DNA of 64,000 nucleotides from Octopus sinensis (GCF_006345805.1 NC_043003.1:26412001-26476000); one strand, 5' to 3'. Numbered from the stretch's first letter, positions 12,230-25,389 are shown. Program-made: numbers and translations. Notes: generated by a model not told the origin, from the letters alone.

Positions 12230-12800
12230 GAAAACCCATCTACACATGAGTAGTCCTCACTTTGGTTAAACCAGGCTCCTTACAACTCAACTCTCTTTCA
12301 GCTTGAATGTCCATGTCCAGGATACTCAAAATATCTCATAGCAAATTACCCTACAAGAGTTTTGGTTTCTGAATAGGTAAAAATGGGTCCACATACTTCA
12401 GGTACAGCAGCCAATAATTCTGTTGGTATGGTGTTAGCCATCAATCTAACCTTCAAATGTTCTTTATACTTTTCCTTTACCTCTTCACAAACCAACACCT
12501 TTTACAATTCCATTTTTCTTCTGTGTGTAATTCAAGAAGTCCATCAGGTTTTCATTGAATATTCTCACTACTATAAAACCTATGACTTCCAAGGAGGACA
12601 TGGTCTTCTTGATTGCTTTCTTTAAGAAGAGGAGTGGAATTCTCTTTGGTTGATTAACAGCTGAGCTGCTGATAGAGGTTGAAAGAATTACAACTCTACT
12701 GAAGCAAAGACGAGAGAGATATCTAGTGATATGCACAGGGAAAATAATGGTGGGACTAGCAGCAAACTTTCGTTTTGAAAGATATACCAACCCCCAAAGA
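12230..12800 (-). mobile_element. Decayed LINE ORF1-like fragment (I/Nimb-group-like)
   Basis: Frameshifted translation ...IPLLFLKKAIKKT...NSCRVICYEILSILDMDIQAERELSCKEPGLTKVR... loosely resembles the SKGVI-C-DL---EEILEEL--QGV--VRR region of I-group ORF1. Confidence 0.35.
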
Positions 12801-13479
12801 GGAAATTACTGCACAGGCCAAAGACCCAACCACCTATCTTGAGTAAGGACCAAGTACTGCCATAGCTTTGGTTTCACAGCTAACCACACATGTTTAATAT
12901 CTAACTGAAAAACCTGAGAGATCTACATGCAGTGGGGGGTAAATCCCAGATAAGCCTATATCACAGCAAGAAACTCAAATGAAAGCAGCAATACCAAACT
13001 CCCTCATTCATCAAAAGATAATGACCTAAGAATGGCCATTGAAAAGGTGATGAAAATGGTGGTGGCCCAGCATGGCACAGCCTCTGGGCTGGAACACATA
13101 AAGGAGAGTAAAGGTAGGGCCTGTTCTTCATTTTAGCATTTTTTCCCCTCCTTTTGTTTTTACTGTCTCCTGTTAATTTTCTTTTCTTCTTCATTATTGC
13201 AATCATGCTACTGCTGAAGGAGAAAAGGGGCCCTGGCTTCATTATCCTTGATTTCCTGGACAGCTTTCTATTTGCCAGTTCCTGGGATCAAGAATGAAGC
13301 AATTTCTTCAGCCATTTCCAGTGTTTTTACTGGTGGAGCCTTGGAAAAGCAGCTTCTGCGATCTGTTGCTGCCATTGCAATCTCAAGTGATCTCTTCTCT
13401 GTCTTTCAAACTCCTCCATGAAGAAAGTCCTCAAATGGTCTTACTGCTACATGTATACTATCTGGGCTTTCTACCCTAC

Positions 13480-13793
13480 ATGCAGCTCCTAACACCTGTA
13501 TCTACTTTTTGTTGATTTGGTTTTACTATTGTTTAATCATATTGGAACATTTTTATCGGTTTATCATTTTTATTTCTATTATTGCTACTTTAATATCAGG
13601 GGTTCTGTGCTATTTATCAATATGGTAGTAAGAAGGTTATTGCAGTATCTGCTTTGAGAAAGTTAGGGGCGATGATAATATCATTGGAAATAAAAAATAC
13701 CTATATTAGCTTTACTTCATATATTCTCTCATGCTATGTTTAAAGCTTTGTTGTTTTTATGTGGGGAGAAATATTATTCATTGCTATAATGGG
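13480..13793 (+). pseudogene. nad5: NUMT: nuclear copy of mitochondrial NADH dehydrogenase subunit 5
   Basis: With the invertebrate mitochondrial code and frameshifts it reads MAAPTPVS ... KKVIAVSALSKLGAMMMSL ... SHAMFKALLFLCGGNIIHCYNG, i.e. the ND5 motifs AAMAAPTPVS, KKIIALSTLSQLG and THAxFKALLFLCxGxIIH. Confidence 0.9.
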
Positions 13794-14139
13794 GCCACAC
13801 CGCCAATCTCATAACTTTTCTCTCTGTTCCCATGATGGAAAACACAGCTCCCAAATGGTTTTTCTGGATCTTCAGGGTTCTTTTGGATTTGTATATCCAT
13901 AGAACTCTGTTATTTACAACAATGAGTGTTCCAGTTGATCCGATCACTGGAACAGCCTGCCAACAAAGAAAGATAAGCTCCACATCAAAAATACTCCCCA
14001 CCCACCTAGTTTCCTCACTCTCTACGATTTCTGCTACAACTACAAGTACCTCTGTTTCTATGAATTACCCATCTGCATATCTCCTACACTCAGGTTAGCT
14101 CAATCCATCTCAATCTCTCATTCACTATTATTTTAAACG

Positions 14140-14272
14140 AGTAAAACGACCCCCCCCCTTATACACACCCGGATACCATCGGTATCTACATATCAAACTT
14201 GAGCACAATCGGATGGAGGATGTCCCAAGATCCTTGAAGACACACAGACAGAATGGATTTTATATAATAGAT
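14140..14272 (-). mobile_element. 5' fragment of a non-autonomous Helitron-like element
   Basis: Minus strand begins a|tctattatataaaa..ctgtctgtgtgtc, like the 5' end at 50017. Confidence 0.5.
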
Positions 14273-15134
14273 TTACAAGCTCATAGGGACACAACTGGCA
14301 CTCTGTTGGTTATGACAATGAGGGTTCCATTTAATCCAATGAATGAAATAGCCTGCTCATGAAATTAATGTGCAAATGGCTGAGCACTCCATGGACATGA
14401 GTACCCTGAACATAGTTCTTGGGGAGATTCAGTGTGACACAAAATGTGACATGACTGGCCATTTGAAATATAGGTACTACTTATTTTTACCAGCTGAGTG
14501 GAGTAGAGCAACATGAAATAAAGTATCTTACTCAAGGGCACAATACACTGCCAAGAATCAAACTCACAATCTTATGATCATAAGCCAAATACCCCTAACC
14601 ACCAAGCCACGTGCCTTCACTCTGTACACCCATATAGACCTCAGTGACCACATATAATTCTTGATTTCAGCAATGTTTACCACTGCCAAACTTCTCTGCA
14701 AAAGTATAAATGTAAGCTTCCAGTTAGGTGGACCAACCTAATCTATTTATATAACTTCATTCTTAGTTCTGAATACAGTATATATGGTTCTCTAGGCTAC
14801 TGGTATTCATATTGTACAACTCTATTTATATATATATATTGTTGAATTGATATATTCATTTAATATCAACACATATGCAGTTGACTTGTTAAGAGTACCA
14901 TTTTTTAATACCACACTTTAGGGCTTAGTCTAATCACTATCATCTCTAACAAAAATATTTAACATATTACGTTAGACTTATTGAGAATAAAATATTTCTG
15001 TGCTTCATATTCAGAACTGCATGGAAGTGAAAGCATTTACTTTCTCAAAAGAGTTGATTTCCTGGTTCAAAAGAGAAAGTATTTTCTTGCAAAATGAAAG
15101 TGATAAAGAATGAAAGTAGAAGAGTTAACCATAC

Positions 15135-15224
15135 CATAAAGGTCATTGGAAGAGATATTGTTCCACTCACTGGCCAAAACTGTCTGTAATTGCTTTTTCA
15201 TAGGCATCAGAAAGAACTGTGTGG
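15135..15224 (-). CDS. Putative internal coding exon (90 nt, phase 1-1): (T)TQFFLMPMKKQLQTVLASEWNNISSNDLY
   Basis: Acceptor catttctgcatttcaaaAG and donor tatg|GTatgg; phase-1 frame open; joins in frame to the neighbouring exons. Confidence 0.55.
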
Positions 15225-15832
15225 CTTTTGAAATGCAGAAATGTTATTTTCTTTTTTCCTTATAGTTCAATAAAGGACTTAAATATGGATGTACCAGCCT
15301 TTGTCCTGTAGCTCTGCCAAACACCTTTTCACCACCAGATAATTCATCTGGGGTCTGTCTTTTGCATACTAGACTTAGCTAAGGAAGGGAAGACGGAATT
15401 ATCTTCTTCATTGCTTGAATCAATTTCTTCATTTTTTTATTTTTTTCACATGACATGTGTGTCGGTATTTATGTTGTTGCTGTTGTTATTATTTGTACCA
15501 TACTAAGGTGGTGAGCTAGCAGAAATGTTAGCATGCTGGGTAAAATGCTTAGTGGTATTTCGTCTGTCTTTATGTTCTGAGTTCAAATTCTGCCAAAGTT
15601 GACTTTGCCTTTCATCCTTTCGGAGTCAATAAATTAAGTACCAGTTACATACTGGGGTCGATCTAATTAACTGGCCCCCCCTCCCCCAAAATTTCAGGCC
15701 TTGTACCTAGGGTAGAAATGATTATTTGTATTATACTCAGTGAAATAATGCTAGTGTCTATTGCAAACTTTTTTTCTTTTGCTGTAAAATATATTCTATA
15801 GAGAAACTAATATTAATTTTTTTTTTCCATTT

Positions 15833-16312
15833 ATAGGCACAGGCAAGGCTGTGTGGTAAGAAGTTTACTTCCCAGTCACATGGTTCCAGGTTCAGTTCCA
15901 ATGCAAAGAACCTTGGGCAAGGGTCTTCTATAGCCTTGGGCTGACCAAAGCCTTGTGAAGGGATTTGGTAGACAGAAGCTGAAAGAAGCCTGTTGTATTC
16001 ATGTATGTATGTATGTATGTATGTATGTATGTATATATGTATGTATGTATGTATGCATGCATGCATGCATGCACGTACGTATGTATGTCTCTATCTATCT
16101 ATGTGTGTGTTTCCCCCCACCACTGCTTGACAATCAGTGTTGGTGTGTTCACATCCCTGTAACTTAGTGGTTCAGCAAAAGAGACCAATAGAATAAGTAA
16201 CAGGCTTAAAAAGACAGTAAGTACTGGGGTTGATTAGTTCAACTAAAGTTCCTCTAGCGGTGCCTCAGCATGGCCGCAGTCTAATGACTAAAATACTTAG
16301 AAAATAAAAGAT
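15833..16312 (+). mobile_element. SINE family A
   Basis: Head, (TATG)n centre, tail. Confidence 0.85.
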
Positions 16313-16639
16313 ATCCATAAAAACATTATTCAAATTTTTTTGGCAAGGAGATGGGTAACATTCTTGCTCGACATAAGTATTTTGTGTGTTTTTATGAGTG
16401 TTAAGATGAAAATATTTTCTCTGTAAATTAAGTTTTCTTTCCTCAAAAAGGATAAAATAATACAAATAATTAAATCCCTACCCTACTCTATAAAAGTTCC
16501 ACATTAAAAAATATTTATCGACCTCACTCTATTTGAGTTCCGAGTCAAAAAAGATAAATTTTTATGTACTTTACTGAATAAGAATTCTGCATTAAAAAAA
16601 AAATTTGCTTTGTCATTTCAATTGCTAACAATTCGTAAT

Positions 16640-17056
16640 ATTCTTTTCTACTCTAGGCACAAGACCCGAAATTTTTGGGGAGGGGACAGGCGATTAGATC
16701 TACCCCAGTACACAACTGGTACTTAGTTTATTGACCACAAAAGGATGAAAGGCAAAGTCAACTTTAGCCAAATTTGAACTCAGAACATAAAGACAGACAA
16801 AATACCTATTTCTTTACTACCCACAAGGGGCTAAACACAGAGGGGACAAACAAGGACAGACAAACGGATCAAGTCGATTATATCGACCCCAGTGCATAAC
16901 TGGTACTTGATTTATCGACCCCGAAAGGATGAAAGGCAAAGTCGACCTCGGCGGAATTTGAACTCAGAACGTAGCAGCAGACGAAATACCGCGTAGCGTT
17001 TCACCCGGCGTGCTAAGCATTTCGCATGGTATGCTAACGTTTCTACCAGCTTGCCA
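16640..17056 (-). mobile_element. Dimeric SINE family B
   Basis: Full monomer whose tail gtagtaaagaaata is joined to ggtattttgtctg of a head-less second monomer. Confidence 0.8.
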
Positions 17057-17552
17057 CCTTTCGATATTCGTAATATTGAGAGAGCAAGACAAAACATACC
17101 TGACCCTCTCAAATTCAAGAATAATAAATTCTAACACAAAGCACATGGTCAGAAATTTTGGTTGGAATTGGGTGGGGAGGAATATGGCCATTTATAACTT
17201 TATTTAACCAATCTTGATGAGATGAAAAACAAAGTACACTTCGGCTGGGAATGAACTCAGAACTTAAGGAGACAAAACTGCAAGGTATTTTTCTAACACT
17301 AACAATTCTGCCAAAAATACATCACATTAATAATAATAATCCTTTCTACTACAGGCACAAGGCCTGAAATTTTGGGGGAGGGGACCAGTCAATTACATTG
17401 ACCTCAGTGTTTCACTGGTACTTAAATTATCAACATATGAAAGGCAAAGTTGACCTCATTGGAATTTGAGCTCAGAACACAGCAGGAGACGAAATACCAC
17501 TAAGCATTTGCCCAATGTGCTAACGATTCTACCAGCTCACCACCAGGAGTGG

Positions 17553-17969
17553 CTATAGGCGCAGGATTAAGTGTGTGGTAAGTAGCTTGCTTATCAACCA
17601 CATGGTTCCGGGTTCATTCCCACTGCATGGCACCTTGGGCAAGTGTCTTCTACTATAGCCTCAGGCCGACCAAAGCCTTGTGAGTGGATTTGATAGACGG
17701 AAACTGAAAGAAGCCCATCATATATATAAATATATATATGTGTGTGTGTGTATATGTTTGTGTGTCTGTGTTTGTCCCTCCAACATCACTTGACAACCAA
17801 TGGTGGTGTGTTTACGTCCCCGTAACTTAGCAGTTTGGCAAAAGAGACCGAGAGAATAAGTACAAGGCTTCCAAAGAATAAGTCCTGGGGTCAATTTGCT
17901 CAGCTAAAGGCGGTGCCAAGCATGGCCGTAGTCAAATGACTGAAACAAGTAAAAAAAGAGTAAAAGAGT
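17553..17969 (+). mobile_element. SINE family A (full length)
   Basis: Complete head, body and tail; lies in a SINE cluster spanning about 15.5-20 kb. Confidence 0.9.
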
Positions 17970-18040
17970 AATAATAAATGGTGGTGCCCCAGCATGGCCA
18001 CAGCTCGTGAGCTGAAACTAGATAAAATAAAATAAATAAA

Positions 18041-18088
<48 letters not shown>

Positions 18089-18676
18089 CCTTTCTACTAA
18101 AAGCACAAGGCCTGATATTTTGAGGGTCTACTCGATTACACTGACTCCAGTGCTCATCTGGTACTTATTTTGCTGACTCGCAGAGGATGGAAGGCAAAAT
18201 TGGCCTCAGCAGCATTTAAACTCAGAACATAAAGGCAGATGAAATTCCATAAGGCATTTTGTCTGGGATGCTGACAATCCTGCCAGCTCACTGCCTTAAA
18301 CTAATAATAATAATAATAATCCTTTCTAGTATAGGCACAAGGCCTGAAATTTTGGGGGGGAGGGGCAAATTGATTACATCAACTCCTGTGCATAACTGGT
18401 ACTTATTTCATCAATCCCTAAAAGCATGAAAGGCAAAGTCAACCTCGGCTGAAAACTAGAACTCGGAATATAAGGACAAATGAAATGCTACAAAGCATTT
18501 TTTTTCTGGTATTGAAACAATTCTGCCAGCTTTCTGCCCTAATAATAGTAATAATGCTTAACATTTCCCTTTTCCAATAATAATGATTTATTTTCCAATA
18601 GTAATGATTTCTGACAATAATAATAATAATCATAAAAATAACATTAGTAATGATAATAATAACAACAATAACAACT

Positions 18677-18719
<43 letters not shown>

Positions 18720-19113
18720 TAATAACAATAATAATAATAATAATAGAACCTGCTCAATATACTAATACAGCTTACCCTGCATGCATTTTGTGAAATTGCC
18801 TATCATTCAATAAACGCTTTTATATCAAACAAGACAATGGTATTCCATCGGTTACGATGATGAGGGTTCCGGTTGATCCGATCAATCGAATAGCCTGCTC
18901 AAGAAATTAACATGCAAGTGGCTGAGTACTCCACAGACGCATGTACCCTTAATTTAGTTCTCAGGGAGATTCAGCATGATAGAGAATGTGACAAGGCTCA
19001 CTTTTGCCAGCTGAATGAACTGGAGCAATGTGAAATAAAGTGTCTTGCTCAAGGACACAATGCAATACTAGTAACTGAACTTGCGACCTTACGATCATGA
19101 GCAGGATAACCTA

Positions 19114-19326
19114 TTTCTCTACTACCCACAAGGAGCTAAACAGAGAGAGGACAAACAAGGACAGACAAACGGATTAAGTCGATTATATTGACCCCAGTGC
19201 GTAACTGGTACTTATTTAATCGACCCCGAAAGGATGAAAGGCAAAGTCGACCTCGGCGGAATTTGAACTCAGAACGTAGCGGCAGACGAAATACTGCTAA
19301 GCATTTCACCTGCCATGCTCACCGCC
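19114..19326 (-). mobile_element. SINE family B inserted into a family D SINE
   Basis: 16-bp target-site duplication tgagcaggataaccta at 19098-19113 and 19327-19342. Confidence 0.9.
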
Positions 19327-20203
19327 TGAGCAGGATAACCTAACCACTAAGCCACATGCTTTCAGAAGAAGACAGGAGCAATTCTAAAACAACACAGCAA
19401 AACCAAAGCAACCCCACCTTACACCATGGCAAATTAGATTACCAACCCTCACCCCATATTAACCACTGTAACACTAAACAAACCTCAGAAACATGGAAGT
19501 ACAGAATTATTGCTTGTGTTGTAGAAGATGGTGATGATGTTGTGAAAAAAACTAATAAGAATCTACAAAAAATACATCATAATAATAATAATAATAATAA
19601 TAATAATTATGTGCCTCGTGTACCCTTATCAGACGAGTAGTCATGATGGGTATACTGGGCTTCGTATATTTTACCCCAGTGTCACTTTGATGGCATGCAC
19701 TGCTCTCACTCAATAATAATAATGATAATAATGATAATAATAATAATAACAATCCCTTCTACTATAGGCACAAGGCCTGAAATTTTGGAGTGGGGGTTAA
19801 ATTGATTACATTGACCCCAGTATTCAACTGGTACTTAATTTATCAATTCTGAAAGGATCACAGTCGACTTCAGAGGTATTTGAACTCAGAACATAAAGAC
19901 GGACGAAATACTGCAAAGCATTTTACCCAGCATGCTAACGATTCTGCCAGCTCACCGCCTTAATAATAATAACAATAATAATAATGATAAAATTAATAAT
20001 TCTTTCTACAAAGGCACAAGGCCTGAAAAATGCAGGGAGGGGACTAGTCGATTATATTATTTGATTCTCTGTTTGAAGAATTTCTAAAAGGAAATTTCTT
20101 ACATGTTTATCCAATATGTACAACTTTGTAATTCCTATTAGCAAATGAAACATGTGTAATGGTGGTTAAATAATCCCAAAAAATTTTCCAAAGTCCTGTT
20201 TTG

Positions 20204-20229
<26 letters not shown>

Positions 20230-20247
<18 letters not shown>

Positions 20248-20420
20248 AGAATTCACAAAAAAAAAATAAAAGGCGAAGACAGGTGGTGTAGACAACAAAC
20301 AGATGTATTAGTTTAACAGTCAGGAAATGAAAAAGTGTTTAACATTTCAAGCCTATGCTCTTCCACAGAAAGAAACAGAAAATAAAGAATGTGTAGTGGC
20401 TAGCGATCTATCATGGTGAA
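20230..20420 (-). mobile_element. Penelope-like terminal remnant with degenerate hammerhead (20338-20371)
   Basis: ttt-CTGTGGA-agagc-atag-gctt-GAAAT-gtt-aaa; same family as 57690-57860. Confidence 0.55.
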
Positions 20421-20429
20421 TATATATAT

Positions 20430-20960
20430 ATGCAACTTATAAATAAGGCCAAAAGAAAAAATTCCTATGCCAAATATGCTGAGAATAGACTTTAAATCGT
20501 CAATAACCACATATAATTCATCACTATAAGCAAGCGTCTTGAAGCAAGCTGACAGAATTTTCTAAAAAATTCCATTATTACCAAATTGGTTTGATTTCTG
20601 AGTTAATTCATAAAGAATTTTCTCATCATCAGAGATAAATACATTAAGAGATAAATGAAATACTTACACCCATGGAATAAGCAGATGCAAAGCATACTTT
20701 GTGTCTGCTTATTCCATGGGTGCAAGTATTTCATTTATCTCTTAATGTATTTACTGCTGATGACGAGAAAATTCTTTAAGAATTAACTCAAAAATTGGAC
20801 TGATTTGGTAATAACAGAATTTTTTAGAAATTTCTGTCAGCTTGCTTCGAGACGCGTGTTATAGTGATGAATTATATGCAGTTATTGACAATTTAAAGTC
20901 TGTTTTTGGCATATTTGCCATAGGAATTTTTTCTTTTGCCCTTATTTATAAGTTGTTTAT
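20430..20960. mobile_element. Fold-back MITE (~530 bp; arms ~260 bp, 4-nt loop at 20693-20696)
   Basis: Arms are reverse-complementary along their length; a partial, more diverged arm lies at 39255-39510. Confidence 0.85.
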
Positions 20961-21790
20961 AATTTTCACCTTAATAGGTATTTTTAATATGCTGGCCGCT
21001 GATAAAACTTTTTTTGAAAATTTTATCCTATATTAGATATATATGTGTGTCTGTGTTTATTCCCCATCACTGCTTGACTACCAGTGTTGGTTTGGTTCAA
21101 TCTCCATAGCTTAGCAATTTGGCAAAAGAGATCAGCAGAAAAAATACTGGGGTCAATTTGTTCACCTAAACCCTTCAGAGCAGTGCCCCAGCATAGCAGT
21201 AGTCCCATGACCGAAACAAGTAAAAGATAAAAGATATCTCTACCTATATAACCAAAACACTACACCAGCCCTTACTCACGTCACCTACTGCACCTCACAC
21301 TAATCACCTCTCTGGATGAATGAAAAAGAAGCACAACACTGATTTTCCAAGGATTGATAGTCCAGAACCTCTTATCTATAACTTTACTGTGCCACATTAC
21401 TCATAGAAGTCAACTCTAACACAAAAGCACAGTGTATCTTTTATTGGAGTTTCCATGGTGCCAGTCTTGGACCAGCAGCTCAGTTCACTAGCCTAGGTGC
21501 AGGATGTTTTAAGAGAGACCTGTTAAGTGGGTTGCTTTGACAGGTCTTGTTTTTAGTCCTGCAGAGTGCCCACAACACCTTCCCCACCTGATAAGCCAGC
21601 AGAGGAAGCTGGTTTAGTTGCTGACCACCCAACCATGAAACACTTAGTACTGGATTACATGGTATCTTTTATAATCTGCACTAATTTATGAGCAAGAACT
21701 TCAAATTCCTGCAGTTACCATACTAGTTTACTAGGTGGCTCTGTTTCTAAGAACTTGCACAGAACAGCATTACTAATAAACTAGTATCAT

Positions 21791-22019
21791 TTGACCCTTT
21801 AGCATTCAGATTTCTCTGTCAAATGTGATGTGTATTTATTCACATTGTTGTTTTGAATAAATCATGCATTATCTTGTAGCTTTGAGATTTCAATGAGAGG
21901 ACTTTACTTTTAGAATGACATTTTAAGGTATGTATGAGAAACCTGATCTGGCCAGTTTGAACATAAAGCAAGCAGGATATTTGGGCTGGATTGGGCCAGT
22001 TTAAATGCTAAAAAGTTAA
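21791..22019. mobile_element. piggyBac-like MITE (degenerate)
   Basis: Ends ttgaccctttagcatt ... aatgctaaaaagttaa resemble TTAA-CCCTT termini; related ends at 40571 and 44299. Confidence 0.5.
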
Positions 22020-22447
22020 TCATTAAAGTGAATTTAATATTTGTTTAAATTAAGGCAGTATGCTGGCAGAATCGTTAGCACACTGGGCAAAATGTTTAAT
22101 GGTGTTTTGTCTGTCTTTAAATTCAGATCTCAAATGTTGCTGAGGTCAACTTTGCCTTTCATCCTTTCAGGATCAGTAATATAAGTACCAGTTGAGGACA
22201 AGGGTCATTGTTATCAGCTATCCCCCTCCTCTGAACTTACTGGCTTTGTATCAAAATTTGAAACCAATATTTTACATTAGAGTTGACCACCTCTGGTTCA
22301 GAAAAATCTGGAATCTGGAAAGGCCTTGGAAACAAAGTTTCTGGAAAATCGATGTTCCCATATTTCATTTCTTACACTACATTTTACAACAAAGGAATGA
22401 AATAGAAAGTGTGACAGAGTGAGAATGGGAAGAAGAGAGAAGGAAGG

Positions 22448-22590
22448 AGATAGATAGATACACAGACAAACAGACAGATGATAGACAGGTAGACAGGCAG
22501 ACAAATAGATAGATAGACAGATAAACAGGTAGATAGATAGATAGACAGACAGACAGATAGATAAATAGATAAACAGATAAACAGATAAAC

Positions 22591-22637
<47 letters not shown>

Positions 22638-22732
22638 CAGACAGATAAGCAGATAGACTGACAAATAGATACATAAACAGACAGACAGACAAACAGATGG
22701 ATAGATAGACGAACAGACAGATAGACAGACAA

Positions 22733-22772
<40 letters not shown>

Positions 22773-22773
22773 G

Positions 22774-22818
<45 letters not shown>

Positions 22819-23043
22819 TTATAGATAGATAGATAGATTTATAGATAGATAGATAGATAGATGGATAGATAGATAGATAGTTAGATAGATAGTTAGATAG
22901 ACAGACAGATAAACCGATAGACAGATAAATAGATAGACAGATAAACCGATAGACAGATAAACAGTGAGGCAGATAAACAGATGGATAAACCGATAGACAG
23001 ATAAACAGATGCATAGACAGACAGATAGACAGATAGATAGAGA
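22448..23043. repeat. (GATA)n/(GACA)n tetranucleotide satellite
   Basis: Direct inspection. Confidence 0.95.
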
Positions 23044-23440
23044 AAGAGAGGGTTACCTTCTAGTCGTTGTGAATATCAGCTGGTCTACCTAGTGTATGAA
23101 TGGCAACCCACAAATATTTTAATCCCCCATGTAAGCCGATGTCAATGGATGAGAGCTAACCTCTGTGTTTGGCAAAAGAATATCAATATGGATATCTCTA
23201 GCTACTAGGAAATATAAGGAAGACAACCACAATGGACCAATAAGGGAATCACACAGGATGGTCACATCTGATAATATTTTCATAGGTCTGCTATGAATAG
23301 GGCTGACTGGAGCCTAAACAACAACAACAATAACAACTATAATAATAATCAAAATAACCACAAAGATAAATAAACAAGGCATGGGACAAAAAACTCATTT
23401 TCATATTGAACAAAATACCAATATTCATACAGACAATATA

Positions 23441-24115
23441 TTATGGTAGTAGTAGTGGTGGTGGTGGGGGGCTGGTGGTAGCAGTAGTGGTGGCAGTCAT
23501 GATGATCGTGGTGGTGGTGGAGGAGGTAAAGGTAGTTGAGGTGGTGTTGTTGGCAGTAGTAGTGAAGTTAGTAGGGTAATGGTGGTAAAAATGGTGATAG
23601 TGATGTTGGTGTGTAATGATAGTAGTGGTGATAATGGCGGTGGTGGTGGTGGTGGTGGTTGCGGTGGTGGTAGTTGTGGTAATGGTTGTGGTGATGGTGG
23701 TGGTAGTGGTGGTTGCGGTGGTAGTAGTTGTGGTAATGGTTGTGGTGATGGTGGTAGTTGTGGTGATGGTAGTGGTAGTGGTGGTGGTGGTTGTAGTCAT
23801 GGTGGCTGCAGTGGTAATGGTTGTGGTGATGGTGGTGGTTGTGGTGATGGTAGTGGTAGTGGTGGCGGTGGTGGTTGTAGTCATGGTGGCTGCAGTGGTA
23901 ATGGTTGTGGTGATGGTGGTGGTTGTGATGATGGTGGTAGTGGTGGTGGTGGTTGTAGTCATGGTGGTTGTGGTGGTGATGGTAGTTGTAGTGGTGGTGG
24001 TAATTATGACAATGATGATGATGACGATGGTGATGATGACGATGGTGATGATGATGGTGACAGTGGCAATGATGATAATGATGATGATGATGATGACGAT
24101 GATGACAAGGACATT
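23441..24115. repeat. (GGT/AGT/GAT)n triplet array with ~63-bp higher-order duplication
   Basis: gtggtgatggtagtggtagtggtggtggtggttgtagtcatggtggctgcagtggtaatggtt recurs near 23760-23900. Confidence 0.9.
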
Positions 24116-24409
24116 ACTATCAACGATGAAAAATTATGTTACCATGGAAGTAAAAGCGGAGGTAGTGGCAAAGTTTGGGGGGAGGGGGTGACAATGAAAA
24201 TACAATAATGTACATGTATGTGTGTGCATGTGTGTGTGTAGGGGGAAGTATGCATCTGTGTGTAGATATGTGCGCATACATGTGTGTGTGTATGTGTGTA
24301 TTTGTGCATGTATGTATTTCCCCTTTGCTCTATGCCTGTCCATGTGTGCATGTCTATGTGTATGAATATATGCATGCACACATATCTGTTTATGAAGAAT
24401 GAACATGAT

Positions 24410-24415
24410 GTGAGT

Positions 24416-24469
<54 letters not shown>

Positions 24470-24910
24470 CTGTGTACATATGTATGTATGTCTCTTGCTG
24501 TGGTGTATGTCTGCTTGCATATGCATGCATTAGAGTGTGTCTGTGCATGCATATGCATTGGTGTATGTGTGTGTGTACATGTATATGTGCATGTATGTGT
24601 GTATATACCTATTTGTATGCATATGTGTATATATGTATATATATATATATGCCTATTTGTACACATATATATATGCATATATATATATATATCATATACA
24701 TACATATATACATATGCGTACATATATATATATATGCATACATACATATATACATATGCATACATACATATATATATATGCATACATACATATATATGCA
24801 TACATACATATATATATATGCATACATACATATATATATATGCATACATACATATATATATATGCATACATACATATATATATATGCATACATACATATA
24901 TATATATATG

Positions 24911-24960
<50 letters not shown>
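24410..24960. repeat. (TG)n plus (TA)n(TGCATACATACA) compound satellite
   Basis: Direct inspection. Confidence 0.9.
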
Positions 24961-24967
<7 letters not shown>

Positions 24968-25389
24968 TTGTATGCCAATGTGTGTGTATATATATATATT
25001 TGTGTCTAAGTGTGTGAATGTTGTGTATATGTGTGCATACATATGTATGACTGTTAGTGCCTGTCTATGTCTGTGTGTGTGATTATAAATATGTGTGTAT
25101 GTGTGTGTTTGGGTATATGAAGAATGCAAGAGGTTATGTTGATGGTGGTGGTGGCAGAGGTGGAGGTGCTGTGGTAAACAGGCTGTGATAATCAATAAAC
25201 ATGCTTTATTATAAAATACCAACTAATTTGCAATAGTGGTGACCAAGAGGAAAGAGGAAAGTGTGGAGAGGGGAGGAGTTCAGGAGGTGGGGGATTGGAA
25301 GGGAGCCGTGGAGGGGGCAGAAGGAAGGAATAGTGTCTGGTGAATGGAGAGGGTAGCCAATAGTTGGGACAGGCAGTGTTAGTGTTCCA

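Noticed and set aside
14671-15380. Possible plus-strand exon pair (14671-14711 and from 15266)
   Set aside because: The peptide is uninformative, ends in a stop without a donor, and overlaps the better-supported minus-strand gene
21280-21311. 32-nt minus-strand segment with strong acceptor and GTGAGT donor
   Set aside because: Stops in all three frames; at most a non-coding or poison exon, with no further support
23579-24208. 209-aa Gly/Cys/Asp-rich ORF resembling a structural protein
   Set aside because: It lies entirely in a GGT/GAT triplet array open in three frames, with no splice or unique-sequence support
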